From NCBI GenBank assembly GCA_965153285.1, contig OZ229113.1: a stretch of 64,000 bases of DNA. One strand, written 5' to 3'. Within the stretch, counting starts at the first letter, position 1. Each line of letters begins with the position of its first letter. Both the position numbers and the translations under genes were made by a program. This DNA is from Podarcis tiliguerta. Its lineage: Eukaryota. A model generated the notes under the pieces. That model was not told the origin of the DNA, ran no database searches, and was given only the letters and a program-made list of their open reading frames with translations. Shown here piece by piece: positions 1 through 12,800 of the stretch.

Positions 1-598
1 TTACTTTATGATAGGATACTTGTATCCTTAGCCAGCTCTCAGTGGGCTCAATCCAGATGGACTTTTCATCTGGCAGAGGCCTTTATGAATGACTTAGTGG
101 GAGGAGAGGGAGGTGATTTTCTCTGAGTTTCCCTGCACACACACCACATTCCGTGCTCTTCCAGATGGTCCCACAACCCTCCAAAGCAGATTTTCAGAGA
201 GGAGGGGAATTGGTGAAATGGCTTCCTCCTTTCCATTGGCAAATGCCTTCACTTGATCAGAAACCTTTCTGTGAACAGAAGGGTATTGTTGGATACAACC
301 CAACAATAGTATTCACAGCTTCCCTCCCCACATATTGCAAAGAGCAATGGCTCCTAGTGTCGTTGTCCCTGGCCCAGCTTTGGGGTGGGCGCTGGTAATT
401 TTAACAAGTTCCAGATAATGAGTTTTTCACTATACTATCCCCCATCTAGTTGGTCTAATTCTTGGAGATCTACCCCCAAAAATGCTTCTTTGAAATGTAA
501 GCAGGTCAAATCCTTGTGTATGTCTGCCCTAGAGGGCAAAATATATTCTGTGATGTGAATCCACTTTTGGGTGTCATAATTTATATTTATTTTTGCAG

Positions 599-850
599 GT
601 TTAAAAGCTACAAAACAGTTTTTTGCCAAGTATGGAACATGCATCTTACAGCTTGATCTTGACTTCATAGCAGTGCTGTGGAATGAGAAATATGGCATTA
701 AACTAGGCAGGGAGTTCACCTGCACATCTCCAGATATGATAGATGAGCTATCGTTGATAGAACTTCGGTGTTTTTTATGGCTCTTAGAAGAGAACAGAGA
801 GAATTTTCCATCTCTCCTTCAATACTTAGATGACTATTTTGATAACATGG
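599..850 (+). CDS. TTC3: TTC3 exon (LKATKQFF...LWNEKYG...DDYFDNM)
   Basis: ttttgcag| ... |gtaagt; open frame. Confidence 0.92.
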
Positions 851-3800
851 GTAAGTATACTAGGATGACCAAAGGGAGTTTATTATCCCTTTAACTTTAT
901 CAATGACTTCTATAGATTTTGTGAGGGGAACAGTGGTGGGCAGCAATGAAAGGATTCAGACCAGGTGAATTGTAGGTTCTGTGCAGGTGGTTCAGCCCAT
1001 GTGGGGAAGGAAATGCAAAACCCCATGTTCCATGCAGTTGTGGGGAGATGCTGCTTTCTTTATGGGGCGGGTTCTGAGTTGGTTGCTTTGTATGGTGGTT
1101 TATGTATTCAATATCACTTTAGTCATAAACATGTACAGTCGTACCTTGGTTCTTGAACGGAATCCATTCTGGAAGTCCTTTGGACTTCCGAAAAAGTTCA
1201 GAAACCAGCCAGTTGGAAGCTGCAGAAGCCGCGTCGTACATTCAGCTTCCCAAAAAAGTTTGCAAACTGGGGTTTGCGGCGTTTGGAAGCCAAAATGTTG
1301 GAGTCACAAGGCACTCGAAAACCAAGGTACAACTGTATTGATTTCAGCAGGACATAGGCAAGTTTCTTCTGATTCAGAACAATTGGCTTTAAGCAGCTAA
1401 AAATATACTCTGTTGTAAGAACTCAGGCCTCTTATCAAAGTACTGTAACTATTTGGCCAACATGGTTAGATATCTCTATGTAGTATAATGATTTAAAGCA
1501 TATGCACAACCGTGAGAGGACAGGGCTATTTACTAAAGTTATGGCGCAATTGTTCAAAACTGTTTAGAGCTTTGTGCTTTTGTCTTAGATTTTTGTTTTG
1601 TTTTTTAAATAAAATTTATTTTAAAAATAGATAATCGGTATACTGTAATAAGGAAGGAAGAGAATGCAACTGCCTCAGTAAGTTTTTATGTTTATCCCTT
1701 TCTTGAAATTGAAGCAAATACATTGCGATCAGAACCCTTTCTAATATATTTAGGTAGAGCATTCCCCTTATATTGCACTGCTGCTTTTATAACATACATT
1801 TGTTACAGAGGTTATAGCGCAGTCCAAGCCCATGGTCCGCCGGGATGAGAGAGCTTTTCATTCACGAGATTTTTTGCTTTGCCAGCTGGGCCAGGGCACA
1901 AGTCTCACCCTAGCTGAGCCAGAGATTTGCCGGAGTGCCCCTCACCGCAGCTCAGCCGGTGGGACTTCGCGCTAGTGCAGGTCCCCCGAAAGGGGTGTTC
2001 TGAGGTGCAGTGGGGATGATAACATGGCAAGGAAAGACTTAAACCTATTCCAAACCCCTTTCAGCCCAGTCACGGGATATTGGAATCTTGAGTATTCACC
2101 AAATTTCTGGTGTTTATCATGTTGCTTATTAGCTTGTTAGAGACACCGTGTATCCCTATCTCTGCTGACATGGCTTGTCCTGCAGACATGTTCTTGCATC
2201 CGTTAAGGGACCCTTCGTACGTACATAGCAGGGCATGCAACATCGTCGTAGGCTCAACAGTCTCCTGCAAAAACCTGGGCAAACCAATATGTATTTCCAC
2301 TTAGCACCAAAATAAGTAAAGCGATAGCACCAATCTCATGTCGGAAGGAGGAGCATTTCAAAGGGGGAGGAACCACCACACAGCGATCATTTCGTTTTGG
2401 TGTTTGTCATCTTGATGAGCTCTTATTGAAATAGTTATACACGGCGTCATGTTGCTCTGAAGGGGAAAAGTAGAAAAGAAATGAGGAAACAGATGTAGGG
2501 ATTTTGTTTCCTTGCTAGTAAGGTGAAGAATGGAAATAGAATGTGCAAATAAAATAAGCAGCATTATGGTAATATTTTTTCCTAGTGGTGGTCACTACTA
2601 AACCATCTCTTTTTCTGTCTAGAATAATACTATCAAAGTTAAAAACAGAAACCGAAAGAAGGCAAAGGAACCAAAGGTATATCTTTATTTCTTTAAAGGA
2701 GTCCATGCCGGTAGAATGCAGCAAAAGGAGCAAAGCTAGTAAATGCCTATGTACTGTTCTCTCTTCAATTTCTTCTCTCCTTCACTCTTTCTTGACTTCC
2801 TCAGGCCTGGTTCACATGCCAAGGTAGACCATATCTGATGTTTAGCTAACTGAAATGCGAACGAGCAGTGTGCTAGTAGTGCATGCTGCTTAGATGTCCC
2901 TACTTTGCCCCTCCCATGTCCCTGGCCATGCCAGAAGCAGCAAACCACACGCCTTGGCTTCGCCACATCATCTGAAGCTGGGCATGTGATTTGCCTCTCT
3001 CCAACCAGGCCATGACCAGCAAGCCAAGAACAGAGCTTGGTTTACCCCTTGTGGTTTGATGTGAAGGAAACAAACCTTGGGCCCAGGTTCAGATGAAACA
3101 ACAAGGCAGGTATTGTGGCATGTTGCACCTGGCTTGGCCAGAAGTGGGGTAGAGTGAGACCGGGACTTCTGAGCAGCATGCGCCAGCCCCTTAGTTTTTA
3201 ATCAGTTGGGGAAAAGGCCATAGCTCAGTAGGAGGAGGTGGGACTGGTCATGTTGCCTCTCAAAAATCCTGGAGACCTGCTGCTGGTCAATGTGGATAGT
3301 AGTGATCTTGTTCATCCTAATAGTCTGTTGTGATATAAGGCGGCTTCTTATGTTCCTGTCTATTATCAACATAATTTTGCATACAAGCAGAACAGTAGAT
3401 TTGGAGAAAAATGTATGCTGCAGGTTTAAAGAGTCACTGTGGATTGAATAGTGTTCTTCCTGCTTTGTATTTCTAGTTTTGAATAATAAAATTGGGTGTG
3501 TATCCAGCTGCGTCCCACTGCTGCTAAAAGGCTCTCTGCTCCAGAGGTGGCTCCTGGGGATAGAAAGGAGGAGGAGGAGCTGGTTTTCTCTAAGTCCCCC
3601 TTTCTCCTGCACCTCCAATGCCAGTGCCACCTCCCATGTTGTTCCAAGTGGTCTTCCTATCCATAGAACAGATCTGGAGTGGGTGGGAGGAGGGGGTTTA
3701 AGAGGGAAGCAGTGAAAATGGCCTCCCTCCTTCCTTGAAGAGAAGCTTCACTGTAACAAAGAACCTTCTGTGAGTGGAAGGCACAGTTGAATATTGTGGA

Positions 3801-6800
3801 GTGATCTACTTTTCTTACAATCACACTGCCAAACCTCATTTTTTGGTGGGGGGGGGGCATTGAATAAATGTGAACTAGGGAAGAAGGATTATATAAACGA
3901 GTCTGTTGAATTCTGAAGATGGATTACTTCATTTTAAAATTTTACGTGTCATTATGTAACAAGTTTCAATTCTTTCCTTGTTGATTTAGTCTATTTTAGT
4001 CCTGTCTGGTGGAGTTGGTACAGTAACTCGAGAGGAAGACAATATATTTTCAGAAGAAAGCACCTTGTAAGTTCTGGCACAAAAAAATGCATGGAGCATG
4101 CTCTTGCCAAAACACCTTTAGGCAGCAATCCTAAACTAACCTACCTGGAAGTATGTCTTGTTGAACTCAATAGGACTTACCTTTGAGAACACTAGTACAC
4201 TGTTAAATTCCTTTGATTCCAGTGAGAGTGTTATGCATGTGTCTCTATTTTTTTTTTTTACGGCACCTGAAGCACGCAGTGACATTTTATAGAAATTGTC
4301 TTTGAACTGCAATTGTTACAGTGTATTTAAATAAAGAAAACTGAAAAATAAAATTTACTAATCAGACAATAAAATTGCTAACCAGACAGCTTGAATGTTA
4401 CCCTCTTAGTTTGGGGGTATTAGATGTGAGCATCTTAATTCCTCATTGTTACAACTTAATGTTTTTCCAGTGTCTTGGAAGTGATACCTGAAAAATGTTA
4501 CTTTTGAGAAATGAAACCCTTGTATTCTTTCTTCATCTATTGATTAAATGAGTGACTGAGAATAAGAGAGGTGCAATATGGGTTTTTTGTATGGACTAAT
4601 TAATGCCCCTGCAGATAGAACAGAATCTATGACAACTTGGAAGTGCAATGTGCCTTGTAACCAAGTTTAAGATGTGCCATGATAATATTTAAACATGATG
4701 AATTCTATTTATTGAACCTCTGTCCTCCCCCCCCCCCCGAGGAAATCCTTTACTCCAGATTCAAATGCTGCTGGCAGTTCCAGAGAAGCATTGTTATAAT
4801 ATTCCTGTTAATCTCTGCCATTGTATTTTTGAGAAGCCATTACAGAGAATATCCCACATTAATATATCTCGATGTTCCATTTCTGATGACATAAGAGGGA
4901 TGTTCCTGTTGTAATTCCTGCTGGGATAAATTGAATTTAATGGTCAGACAGATAGCAAATAGAGCATTTATTTGCAGATATTAATGAGGTAACCCAGAAA
5001 GTACGTACTGTTGCCTTTACAGCTGCAAAATATCAAGACTATGTCAGTGCTCCTGTTATTGACTGTAAATTGTACAGCTGAGGTTGTTTTTTTATTGTCT
5101 TCGTTTATTTTTCTTCTGTCTTAATATTCATCTTACGCTTGGAAGCAGGGCTCTTTGTTATTGTTACGGCCTATGCCTAAAACAAATAAAACGGCTGTTG
5201 AGCTTTTTATTGTTCCCTGTGAGTTGGGAGCTTTCCATTCATAAGGAGCTTGCTCTTCTTAAAGTCTGTTCTTTGTCTTCCCAACAGTTTTATGAATCCA
5301 CGTGACCCTTTCAGAATCCCAGATGGTCTTAATGAGCAGGTGGCGATATTTGAAGCTTTGTATAATAATTTCCCCTCCGGTAGCAGTTACCAGAGAATTT
5401 TGGACAATTACCCAGACCCAACGTGTGAAAGCTTATATGAGTATGTTTCCATTTCCTTTTCCTTCAAACAAAAAAATAACGAAGGTAGAGCTGGGGTCCC
5501 TTGGATATAGGCATCATCCCCATTCCCAGATGAGGATTGGGATTTAGAGTTTTCTCTTGAGTCTGCTCTCACCCAAGCTCCCAAATGGAATCTTTAATTC
5601 CCCTGGGTTTCAAAAGCAGTTTGAGGATTCAGCACATAGGTGCTAGCAGTAAGGGCATAGGAACAAGAGCATGTGTTTCGGACATTGAAATCTTCCTATG
5701 ATTACTAATGGTTATACTTGGATACTGATTACTCAGCACTAACAGAATTCTCTTGTTTCCTGACATTTACTTCTACCTTCTAGCTGCCAAAGAAAGCAAG
5801 AAAAGTGGGAAGCGAACTTCTTAGGGGACAGGCATTCGAAATACGATGGGGCACTTCCTTTCCCATGTGTTTCTTCTCTGAGGCGTTCCTCTCTTTTTGT
5901 GTGCATCTCTAGTTCCTTTTTCCTTGACATATTTGCACCTGAAACTCATGCAGTTTTAATCATTGCCACCCAAAGCATTGACTCCTGTTTCTCAAGTTGG
6001 CAAAGGTGTTAAAAAATGCCTGTTGGTCCCCAGTGAGGAGAAGGCAAGTTGACATGATGATCTTGGGCATCATAAGACACGGTTTGGTGCTTAGGGTGAC
6101 AACATTATTCTATCGGCTTACATAAAATAAAATGTTGACATGACATCGGTAGGTGTTTTCAAACCTCTTTTGTCATCATGTATAAATTGGTAGCTAAAAC
6201 GTTAAATGAGTTGTGATCGCACAGCTTCCTCTTGAACTCAGATATGACTTTGATTGCTTTCACAGCTATTTTTCTCAAATCTTGGAAGAACATGGCCCCA
6301 TGGAAATTGATAATCCACTGTTAGTTGGAGAGTATGAACACTTTCCTGCGGAGACTCGTAAAATAGTGGAGGATGCTGGGGGTCTGAAGTCTTTCCTTCT
6401 GGAATCTCTACGTTTTGTTATGATTGGCGACCTTATTGGCTTGATGAAACATTCGGTGATGCTGAAGGAAAATGCGGATGTCACCGGAGCTGCAGAAAGG
6501 ACTAAAAATGAAGAAACTTCTTCGGCAAGCCTTCATAGTCAAGAAAACAGCAAACCACGTTTAAACCCAGCTGCTAAGGAGTTCCAGCCCACCTCATATA
6601 TTAACAATCCTTATGTGTCAGTACCTACTAATACTCCAGCCCATGATACTCTGGAATATATGACTACCAGCCATTCCGCTTTTAGTCCATTCGTTCCCAC
6701 ATACTCCCTTTCCACTCCGGTAACTGACATGATAGCAGCATCACTGCCTATGCCAGATGCCTCTTTGCCTTCAGCTTTACCCCAAAGCCACCCAATATTT

Positions 6801-9800
6801 CTGAATGAGATTCAGTCAGAATATCAGAATGAGAGAACGTTGCCAACGATTCCTGAAATGCTAGATATTTTGGAGCAATCTAATTATATATATCCAGATG
6901 GTTTCCTTCATATTGATCCAGAAGTGACATCAAGCGAGGATGGCGAAGATATTCTTGTGGCGAATGATGAGGTGCAACTGTCATCATTGTCTGACATTTG
7001 CTCTTGTGAAAATAATCCTGATAACATTGAGAATAATAGTAATGAAGCCGGATGTGACTCTGTTACTAAAATGGAAACCAATAATAAGTCTGTAGCAAGA
7101 AACAAACCCCGTTCTAGGATGATTGCTATTCAGGTGAGAATAATAAGCTGTGCACAGTATTCGTTGTGGAGCTGACAGTGTTTTTGTTTTTCTGTGTTGT
7201 ATGTCTAAACTCTGGAGTGAGTTTCATTGGTGTGGGATATCAGTTTGCTTCTTTCAGTGCCTGTTTGCTTGATAAAGAATTTAGTTATAGACATGTTGTC
7301 TCTAATATGCTAGCTACATCTAGTTTGCTATGTTCATCTCAGTGTATAAAGAAGTTTCTTCTTTTAAAAAGACATGGGAAAGCAATATTACTATTACTAA
7401 TATTTTAAAATTACTATTACTAATATTTTTAAAAATATCTGTGTTAGACTTGAGAGTCAACATGGATGTAGCTTTCAAACATGGTACCCAAAACTAAGTT
7501 CATTAGGTAGACGCAAGGCCATTATTGCGAGTTTCTCTTGTGCACCTATATACTATCATCTGTGAAGAACACACATGACTATTTTGCTATGTGAAAAGCT
7601 GTTGCCAGCTTCCTGCATAATAATGGACAAAACAGCACATGGTATCCATGGCATTACTCATGTGTCCGCCCTCCCCCTTTCTGCAGCTGTATTCTGTGTA
7701 TGAAAAATGTGTGGAAAGTGGTTTTCACTGGAGTTAAACAGTGTGTTAAGTTTAGAAAAAAGTGGACCTGAAATCAGACTTGCTTGTTTTCATTTTGCAT
7801 TTGGCCATATTAGCCTCATATTGTTTAAAGAACACAAGTGTAATTTAGGGAGCAGATTTCTGCAATGTTTCTATAAGGCAAGTTCCCACTTTCCAGTGGA
7901 GATACCTTCTGTGCCTGGAATGGCACCTGGCTTCCAGTTCTAATGACCTTTAAGGCTTGTTAGTTCTCCCTCCTTTCCTGATGCCTGCTGACCAAGGATG
8001 GATCAGAGAGGAGAAAGACTTTTCTAGGCCACTCTCAGGCTATAAAAGGAGACCTGACCGGAGGATAGGCTTTTTGTGCTTTGTGTTTCTCCCACACGGC
8101 AGTTTTGGTACTGTATGTTACCTTTACGGTGGACTCCTACAGACCTAGTGTTTGAGAGGTGCTTATTTCCACTGACTTGTCATGACAAATGCCCTTCCCC
8201 TCCCTCCCATCAAATGGATGGTTGAAGACAAGTTCACAAGTTTCTTCTGAAGAACTGTCAGGAAAATATTATTGTTCTTGCCAACAATTAGCTGCTTGTA
8301 TTTAGGGACTATGAAACTCTTGTTCACGTGCTAAGTTTGCTTTTCTTTATTACCTTTGCTACTTCAGTTTGTGGTGGCAGGCTTGCAGTTAGACATCACT
8401 CAGAAGTTATAAAATCAAATAACTCAATTTATTGAGCTTTCTGGGTGGTGGTGTTGAGGAAACACAACTACGTACATATTTACCGGACAAAGGATTGATC
8501 TATGGGAAACACATTGTCTGTGAAATGTTGGGATATAACTAACCTCTATTGAAACAGTTTCTGGCTCTTTGCATTTTAGGTAGATCAAGAACTAGCAGAC
8601 GAGGGAATCAATACTTTGCCTTTTCAACCATATGAAACCCAACAAGTAAGTGCATGAGTGGATGTCCACAGATGGCCCAGTGAGGAAGCAAAAGCATACT
8701 TCAGCGTATGTTTTAACAAATGAAAAATCCTATTATGTAAACCTCTAAGCTGAAATATCCATGAGCCTTGCTCACAGATAGTACCATCTATTTCTCTCTC
8801 ATTTTAATTACTTAGTTTATTGTTTCTTTTAGTTGATTTTCCAATTTGGTTAAGTATTAACTTCTGCAACGTGGCTAAGATTACATGAAATACATTTATC
8901 TCTGTTGGTTTAGTGACTGTTATGTACCTGCACTTCTTTGTAGAAATAACCAAGAAACTGTGGTAGCTCTGTTGGAAATTTCATATTTCCTTGGCATGAT
9001 TTTTCTCATATCACACATTTTGAAAAATTGAAGAACTTTGTAGGAAATAACATTTTATGGTGACAAGAACAGTGATTATACTGTGCCTTATATATACGGA
9101 ATATAACTTCACTGTTGTAGCATTTAAAATTTGATCTGCATATTTGTTTTTTCAGGGAGATATGTTACGTATGGAAAAAGAACATCAGGTTCTACAAGAG
9201 CAGCTTAAAGAAGCAGGTGAAAAATATGAGCAGCTTAAATATCGAAGCTCTGAAGAAATCAATGTGTTAGAAGCTGAGATTTTACAACTTGTTCAAGAAA
9301 ACAAGGTAATAAATCTTTATGAATATAGTATCAAAGAAAAATGGCCATCAGTACAGTTGAAACTTAAACTCCTAAACATAGTGATTTGGCTCCAAAGACG
9401 TCCTTCTGTGAATGTAAGGTCTGCCCTAAAGGATTTTGGGGACAGCTAGCAGCAAAGCTGCAAATCTTATACTTGTGTACCTGGGAGTAAATCCCATTAA
9501 GTTTAAGGGAATGTACTTCTGAATAGACATATGTGGGCTGCACTGAACAAATGCAGATGATGACCCACTTAATAATAATAATATTATAATAATTTATTAT
9601 TTATAGCCCGCCCATCTGGCTGGGTTTCCCCAGCCACTCTGGGCGGCTTCCAACAAAATATTAAAATACAATAGTCCTTCAGATATTAAAAGCTTCCCTA
9701 AACAGGGCTGCCTTCAGATGTCTTCTAAAAGTATGGTAGTTGATTTTTCCTTTGACATCTGGTGGGAGGGCGTTCCACAGGTGGGTGCCACTACCGAGAA

Positions 9801-12800
9801 GGCCCTCTGCCTGGTTCCCTGTAACCTCACTTCTCACAGTGAGGGAACCGCCAGAAGGTTCTCAGAGCAGGACCTCAGTGTCCGGGCAGAATGATGGAGG
9901 TGGAGATGCTCCTTCAGGTATACTGGACCACATCCACAAGTATAAGATTTCAACGGAAACAGCTTATGGTAGCTGCATAAAAACATTTGCAGAACAGTTC
10001 TGGTGGCTATTTTCCTTCCATTTACCTATCTTTGGATCAAAAGTATCACATGGAAGTGCCTTTTACTAAAAACAAGGGGATATTTGTCCCTGTTATGGCT
10101 GTGGTTTGTACAGTCCTGTGGCTTGCTCAGTATACTGTGTTCGTATGCTTAGTGGCATTTGCTTCCCCCCCAAGTAGAATCTCCCCCTGTATTTGAAATG
10201 GAGTGACTAAATGCTTTTTGCTACACAGGATGAATAACTTGCTTTGGAAGGAAAAGTCAAAAGTGCAGGTGCACAAAATGCTTACTACACTTAAGAGAGG
10301 GGTCTTCAGTCCTTCGTGTTCAGGATAATGGCTAGACTTCACAACCACATCCTTCTCTCCCTTTGGATATATTCACTATAAAATATGTTTGTGTCTTTTT
10401 TAACATTTAAACTAGTTTCACATAACAGAAACAATAATAAAAATGCACTAATCAGAGAGATGGAGAGATGGTACAACCAGACGACAAAAGAAATATATTG
10501 TTGGACTTGGGAGCTAAGTTTCTGTCTTTGACTCCCACCTCCCATATTTTATAGCTCACTAGAAAAGAGCTGGATTGGTTCCATCAAGATGCAGAAAAAG
10601 AAATGAAAACTTGGCAACAGGAGAAGAAGGAAAATCAAGAAGGATTAAAAGTGGGAAAGAATAAAATAAGGAAGCTAATAGAAACCAATGAAGGGTAAGT
10701 TTTTCCTAAAAATGAAAGCTGGTTTGCGGGAGAGGGTCATGAAGGGAAGAGGTTATGTAAGTGATTACATTTTTGCGCATCTAAACTTGTATCAATAATA
10801 CTACTCACACTTAATTCTGCTTATTACAATGCTTGCACTTAACTGACCACATTTGCATGTTGTGTTAAACCACAGTTTACCATAACATACGCAAGCAGGA
10901 GTGAGCTGCAATGAGCTTCCGGTTTGCACACTCCTAACTCTACTCTTGCATGGCCAAGCAAAGGAGTTTGGAAGCTTTTCCTTTTGCCTTTGACTAACTA
11001 TGGCTTGACTGACAAATTGTGGCCAACATTGGCTGTGGCAATTTTAAAACAGACCAGTCTCAAACTTCTTTCTGGAGCTGCCTTGATTTAAACGAAGGTT
11101 AACCACAGTTTATCCAGGTTCAGATGAGACTGGAAGCTGTGGGTAACTAAAAGCAGAAGCAAATGCTTCCTAGTGCCTTCTGTCTGTCATGAGTAGAATG
11201 AGGAAGCACAGAAGCCTAGTGTATTCTTCAGCAAACCCTTGTTTAGTGAGGCATGTGAATACTGATGTTGGAACATCATGGGACTATATGGATACTTTGT
11301 GAAGATGTGGTGTAACCCTGCTATCTTCACAATACTCAAACTTGCTGCTTGTTGATTCGTGACATTACATCAGTCTGGTCTTTCTGCTATTCATCTATTG
11401 GTGTATTTTGTATCAGTATCTGAAGTTTAATTAGACATTGATTAATTTGGCTAATTTCAGTGCCATTATTTGGAAAGCTGAGTGAGAGTTGTCATACTGT
11501 AGTTCTAGAGTGCTTGCTTTTAAGTCATTTTCTAGTCAGAACATTTGAAGGCCTGCTCCTTATATTATGACTTGTCTTGGCAAAGCATAGCAGTGATTCA
11601 AGCTGCCTACCCATGAATTGCTTTCTCTTTGAGACTCTGCCCTGGTCTCTGTCTTCCCTTCTATTATATGATTTATATTACAGCTCTTGACGCAGAAAAC
11701 ATTGGGTTGTATCCAGTTCTGCCATTGCAGGAGCAGAACAGACTTCCATGTGCACAGTGCGACTTTCACTTCCTCTCCTCCCTCCTGCATGCCATCAAAA
11801 CCAGCTCCAAAAGGATTATTGAAGTATTACACTTCAGAGTAGTTTTTTGGAAGTGCACATCCAGCTGCAGAGACAGTGGAGGAAGGAAAAGTCTTTCTGT
11901 GTGAGGGAAAGTTTGTTTGCACAGCATTGGATACAATCATATTCCATCTTTTAAATAGTAGTTTGGGGTGAAAAGGAAAACGGGCTTCTAACAAAATGAA
12001 GGTTTGAGTACGGTTAATGTAGTTAGCTAATTTTGTTTTGAATGAGTGTATTTATTTACTTATTTTGACGTGAGCCTTCTTTTTCCTAAAACCTGCCTGT
12101 ATAACGGAACAGGTACATGAGAAACATTGAGGAGAAGGATAAACAGTACAAACTACATTTGGATGAATTCATTGAGATCAGGTAAGCTTAAATTTGCTTT
12201 GCTAAGCAGTTTTTAATTGGACACTATAAGTTCTCTCAAACTGCTATGGTAGGGTTAGGAGTATGTCGCTCTGTCCGAATGCTCAGAATGTATTCAAGCT
12301 GGGAAAGGCATGCCGAGTGGGATGACTCTGGGCCAAGGTGCGTCCCTGTTGAATATTGCACAAGGAAATAATAAAGCATAAGAATCATATTACGCTATTA
12401 TGTTTGATTAGTCACAATTAAAATTCCTTCATGTATTGCCACTTTAGTATTAATGAATTATATGCTGAAATATTTCTCAGTATTAATTCAGTCCAGAAAG
12501 ATACAGTGGTGCCCCGCAAGACGAATGCCTCGCAAGACGGAAAACCTGCAAGACGAAAGGGTTTTCCGTTTTCAGAGGTGCTTCGCAAGACGAATTTCCC
12601 TATGGGCTTGCTTCGCAAGACGAAAATGTCTTGCGATTCTTGCGATTTTTTTCCGCTCCCCAACCCCTTTTTCTAAAGCGCTAAGCTGCTAATAGCCTTT
12701 TAGCAGCTAATCCGCTAATCCCTTAAGCCTTTAATAGCCGTTAATAGCCCTTAAACTGCTAATAGCGCTAATAGTGCTAATCCGCTAATGGGCTTGCTTC

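Noticed and set aside
3206-3235. tRNA-like A-box sequence
   Set aside because: SINE head; no complete cloverleaf.
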